64,000 nt of DNA. Source: Raillietiella orientalis (Eukaryota). A program made the position numbers and the translations under genes. The stretch covers positions 806,001 through 870,000 of the forward strand of contig JAYWIR010000051.1 in assembly GCA_036172245.1 (NCBI GenBank), read 5' to 3'. Position 1 is the first letter of the stretch; every line of letters starts with the position of its first letter. The notes beneath the pieces are model-generated. The model made no database searches, was not told the origin of the DNA, and worked only from the letters and a program-made list of their open reading frames with translations. Positions 60,701 to 64,000 of the stretch are shown here, piece by piece.

Positions 60701-60979
60701 TCCGCTCCCCGCAGCCTCCACCACACTCGCGCCGGTGGTTCAGCCCGTCATCTCCACTTCGTGGTCGGAGCCGCTGCCACGGGAACGGAGGTCGGGGATA
60801 GTCGGGGATGGTCGAGGGTGGGGGGCAAAACGGAGAAGGGGGGCGAGGGGAGAGCGGAGGAAGGAAAGATGCATGCAAGGATGATGGTGACGGTGCAGGT
60901 GGTGGCGACGGTGGGGAGCAGCGGAAGAAGAGGAACGAGGGGTCGGGTTACGACGCGAAGCCGTCGGAAATGCACGCAT

Positions 60980-61100
60980 TCTCCCTTCCATTCCTCCTCT
61001 TCCTCCTCCTCTCTTCCTTCTTTTCTCCCCCCTTCCTCCTCCCTTCTTCGTCTTCTTCCCTTCTTCTTTCTTCCTTCCTCCTTCTCCTCTGTTTCCTTCT
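60980..61100. repeat. Polypyrimidine (TCC/TTC) low-complexity tract
   Basis: Read directly. Confidence 0.85.
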
Positions 61101-61749
61101 GCGAAACGTCTCCTCGTGGAACCGATAGTTGTCGTGGGCAGCCGTTCCTCTGGCAGGTTTTCCTCTGTCGCCGCACGTCAATTTGTCCCCGCGAGTGTCG
61201 TTGCCAACACGGAGCCGCCTCACAGGTGGCGCGTTGCCCTATTCCACTCGGTCTCCTACCGAATGAGGTCCGGGGTGGGGAGCGAAGCTTCCACTCATGC
61301 AACTCGTCTCACCCTCATCCTTCCCACCCACCCCGATCTCCGCGTTCCCTCTTCCTGTCCTCGCACGCCCTCCCGACACCGCGCGTCGCCGTCGTACGCG
61401 CTCCTCAAGACGCTTTCCTCTCGAACACACATCATTTCGTAATTAATCTTCTCATTGTGATGTTGCGATCATCGTGCTCTTTCCTCATCATCTACGACGT
61501 GTGCCTCCTCCTCGCCCCACCTCCCCTACCTCCCCCCGTTCCCTGTGGCAGCGCCGCTTATCGGCGGAGCGGCTTCCCTCAAAACACAAAGCCGTGATAT
61601 TTATAAGAGGGAATTCTGAGCCTCGAAAATCGATTGGAATGAGTCACACGGAGAGATACTGATGAATGAAAATTGATGAGGGGATGCTATCCGTGCTCGC
61701 CACTGGAAAGTGCAAACATTCGCAAGGAGAGAGGGACCGGACAAGATTC

Positions 61750-63090
61750 TAATTGGGTTTTTGGCTTGGCTCAAGAAAGCATAAACAAAACCAAGGGAAT
61801 GCATGGAAACCGACCCTCTTCCGGGAGACGTTGCCGAGTTCTAAACGACGCAGATCGAACAGAACAACGTGCACTTTGTCGATAGCGTTGGCGCGCGCAA
61901 CGTCTTCATCGCATCTGTCATCGGCGACGAATCCCAAGCGCTCACATGCGCAGCGCTGCGCACCCAAAAAATACGCGGCGCTGCCACCTTGCTGCGTTGC
62001 GCCCGCCTGGTCGCAGGAAAACCGTCCGGGCGAAGCGCGACGAGCGATGCTCAGAGCAGGCGCAGAGTTTGCTGCACCGTTTTTACAGAAGCTGCTTGCT
62101 CCGGGAGGTCCTGGAACACCCCACGAAGAGTACGTGGGCAGGAAGAACCTCCCTCGCACCAGCGCTGCGCTCCTTGAGGGAGGAGCACACGGGGGCAGCA
62201 GCCCTCCGGATAGACGGGGAGTCGGTGTGGAAATGGACGCCGCCAGGAGAAGAGGACTGGGTGAGTGGATACGGCGGGCCAGCTCACGGACACTGCGACC
62301 CCAATAGCCCCACCTCGAGGACTTCTGCGCTGGGGCGAGCCACTGGGAATTCCGGAGGAAGATCTGTAGTGGCTCGCAGTGTTTTTGGATAGACGCACCC
62401 TCCTACTCAAGTGGCAGGAGTCGCCGGTGATTCTGCTGTACTGGGGCCTTCCTTGAAACTCCCGCCGGCATAACTGGACACAGGGGTATATGTACCCCAA
62501 CTGTGGCAGGTGCGGGGAGAGCCAATCCCTCCCGCACCTGCTAGCGGACTGTGTTGCCCTCCGGCCCCTTTGGGAACGCTTTGCCGCGACCCTTGGAACC
62601 CCCGGCAGCAACTCCAGGGACGCTTTACTACCCTTCCTCGTTCGCGACTCACTTCGACCAGCAGCCTCGTTGGCAGCCCTCTGCTGCCTACTCGGGATCG
62701 TCTCTGCCTGGAGCGACGCAAGAGGAGAACCCAGCGACAGGAGCGCCCCATCCACTTCTCCATCCGCTTCATGAGGATGGCAACGAGATGGCCCTACTTG
62801 AACAGCCATATCCAGCACGAGCTTGTCGGCATGCTCCAAAGGATGCAGAGGACCGCTCCCAGCAGATTGTGATCCCTTCCTACACCCCTTCTCCCCCCAT
62901 CCCAACTTCAATCCTCTATTTTTATTTATTTTTTAATGTTTTTTGCTTGCCCCCTTCCCTTCGCTGCCGTGGCGGACCTCGCCGGTCTGCCAACCGGTGA
63001 CCCGGCAGCTTCCCGTTAAAGCGGACGTGGTTGGACCAGCGGTCCAACTGCAATCTTTGTAGATGTCCATTTTTACATTAAATAAATGCC
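61750..63090 (+). mobile_element. 5'-truncated Tx1/L1-like LINE 3' end
   Basis: FLDRRTLLLKWQ..LLYWGLP*NSRRHNW..PNCGRCGESQSLPHLLADCVALRPLW (zf-RVT); IRFMRMATRW..MLQRMQR; 3' UTR ending AATAAA at 63081. Homologous to 7796-8420; 5' limit uncertain. Confidence 0.7.
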
Positions 63091-63664
63091 TCAGAGCACC
63101 CGGGCGATAAGTCAAACATGCGTCGTCCGCACACACATGCTTCCCGCGTGCACGTGCACGCACTGGAATTCCACGCACGGACTGGAGCGCGCGGGAAACG
63201 CGAGCACAGGGCACGCACACGTGCGGAACACATTTACTGGACATGCGCTTACAGGCGTTTGCGCGCGCAGGGCTTTTCCGGCCAACAATTGCGCATTGTT
63301 TCGGCTGTTCTCATCAACCAACAGCCGAGAACAATCCTCATCCATCATCACGCGTGCCAACCTTCCTGGAATGCAGGAGCGTTTTACTTTCGAGATGGAC
63401 GTACCGCCTGCCGGAATTTCGGGTCCGTTCTGCTGCTCTCCGTCTGCTGACGGCGAGTAATGACGGCGACTTCGGTGTTCGTGTAAATGCAAGGGGATTT
63501 TTATAATCGTGCCTTAATGATACTTGTTTGGCATCTCCATTCGCGGAACCATCTGCGAAAATTGTTGCCCATTACCTTCATTTGCACGGTGTGCATGGCG
63601 GCAGGGGCAGCACAGCAAGAGTCGGCGGGAGCTCGTTTTCCACGTGAGAAAGTACGGATCTGCG

Positions 63665-63745
63665 TACACACACACACACACACACAAAAGCGCACAGTTC
63701 CTCACCTTCATTCACGCACACGCACACTACTACTACTACTACTAC
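63665..63745. repeat. (CA)n and (TAC)n microsatellites
   Basis: Read directly. Confidence 0.85.
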
Positions 63746-64000
63746 ACGCGCGCGAGGGCTACTACACGGCAGCAGCACCTGACTGATTTCCGCAAGGCGG
63801 CTGCTTTCTCATTCATAAGCGGAACGAATTTTTTTTTTCCCCTCCTACTCATCCTTTTTTTTTTTTTTTCCTTTTTTCTAGCCGGCCATCAGGAACTTAA
63901 CACGGATGGTACAAATTCGGCCAGCGCCATGAAGAAATTAATTGCCGATGCAAGAATAAAACTACTTCTTTAATGGCCTGATATAAAAGAATAAACATCA

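Overview
This is eukaryotic genomic DNA, most likely from a non-dipteran arthropod, judged from the Drosophila-like syndapin and a recognisable HAUS1. The window is a sharp compositional mosaic. AT-rich, CpG-depleted blocks carry compact genes with ~40-55 nt introns: Inturned (- strand, runs off the left edge), SREBP (-, 11 exons, ~916 aa) and HAUS1 (-, ~255 aa). GC/CpG-rich blocks are packed with decayed retroelements and contain most of PACSIN/syndapin (+, 7 coding exons, 474 aa). Mobile DNA includes about a dozen decayed Penelope-like (RT + GIY-YIG) remnants, two Tx1/L1-like 3' ends, one R2/NeSL-type RLE LINE remnant and a hAT-type MITE. There are also at least six full or partial copies of a ~0.9-1 kb tRNA-headed SINE-like element whose body is unusually rich in C(UUCG)G-capped hairpins. 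The most notable observations are that structured SINE, a near-perfect ~390 bp inverted repeat around a heavily decayed Penelope, an Inturned apparently lacking its PDZ domain, and an SREBP gene with no room for miR-33 but a duplicated 20-nt hairpin in its 3' UTR. All homology calls come from motif recognition by eye, with no searches run. Transposon boundaries are approximate.
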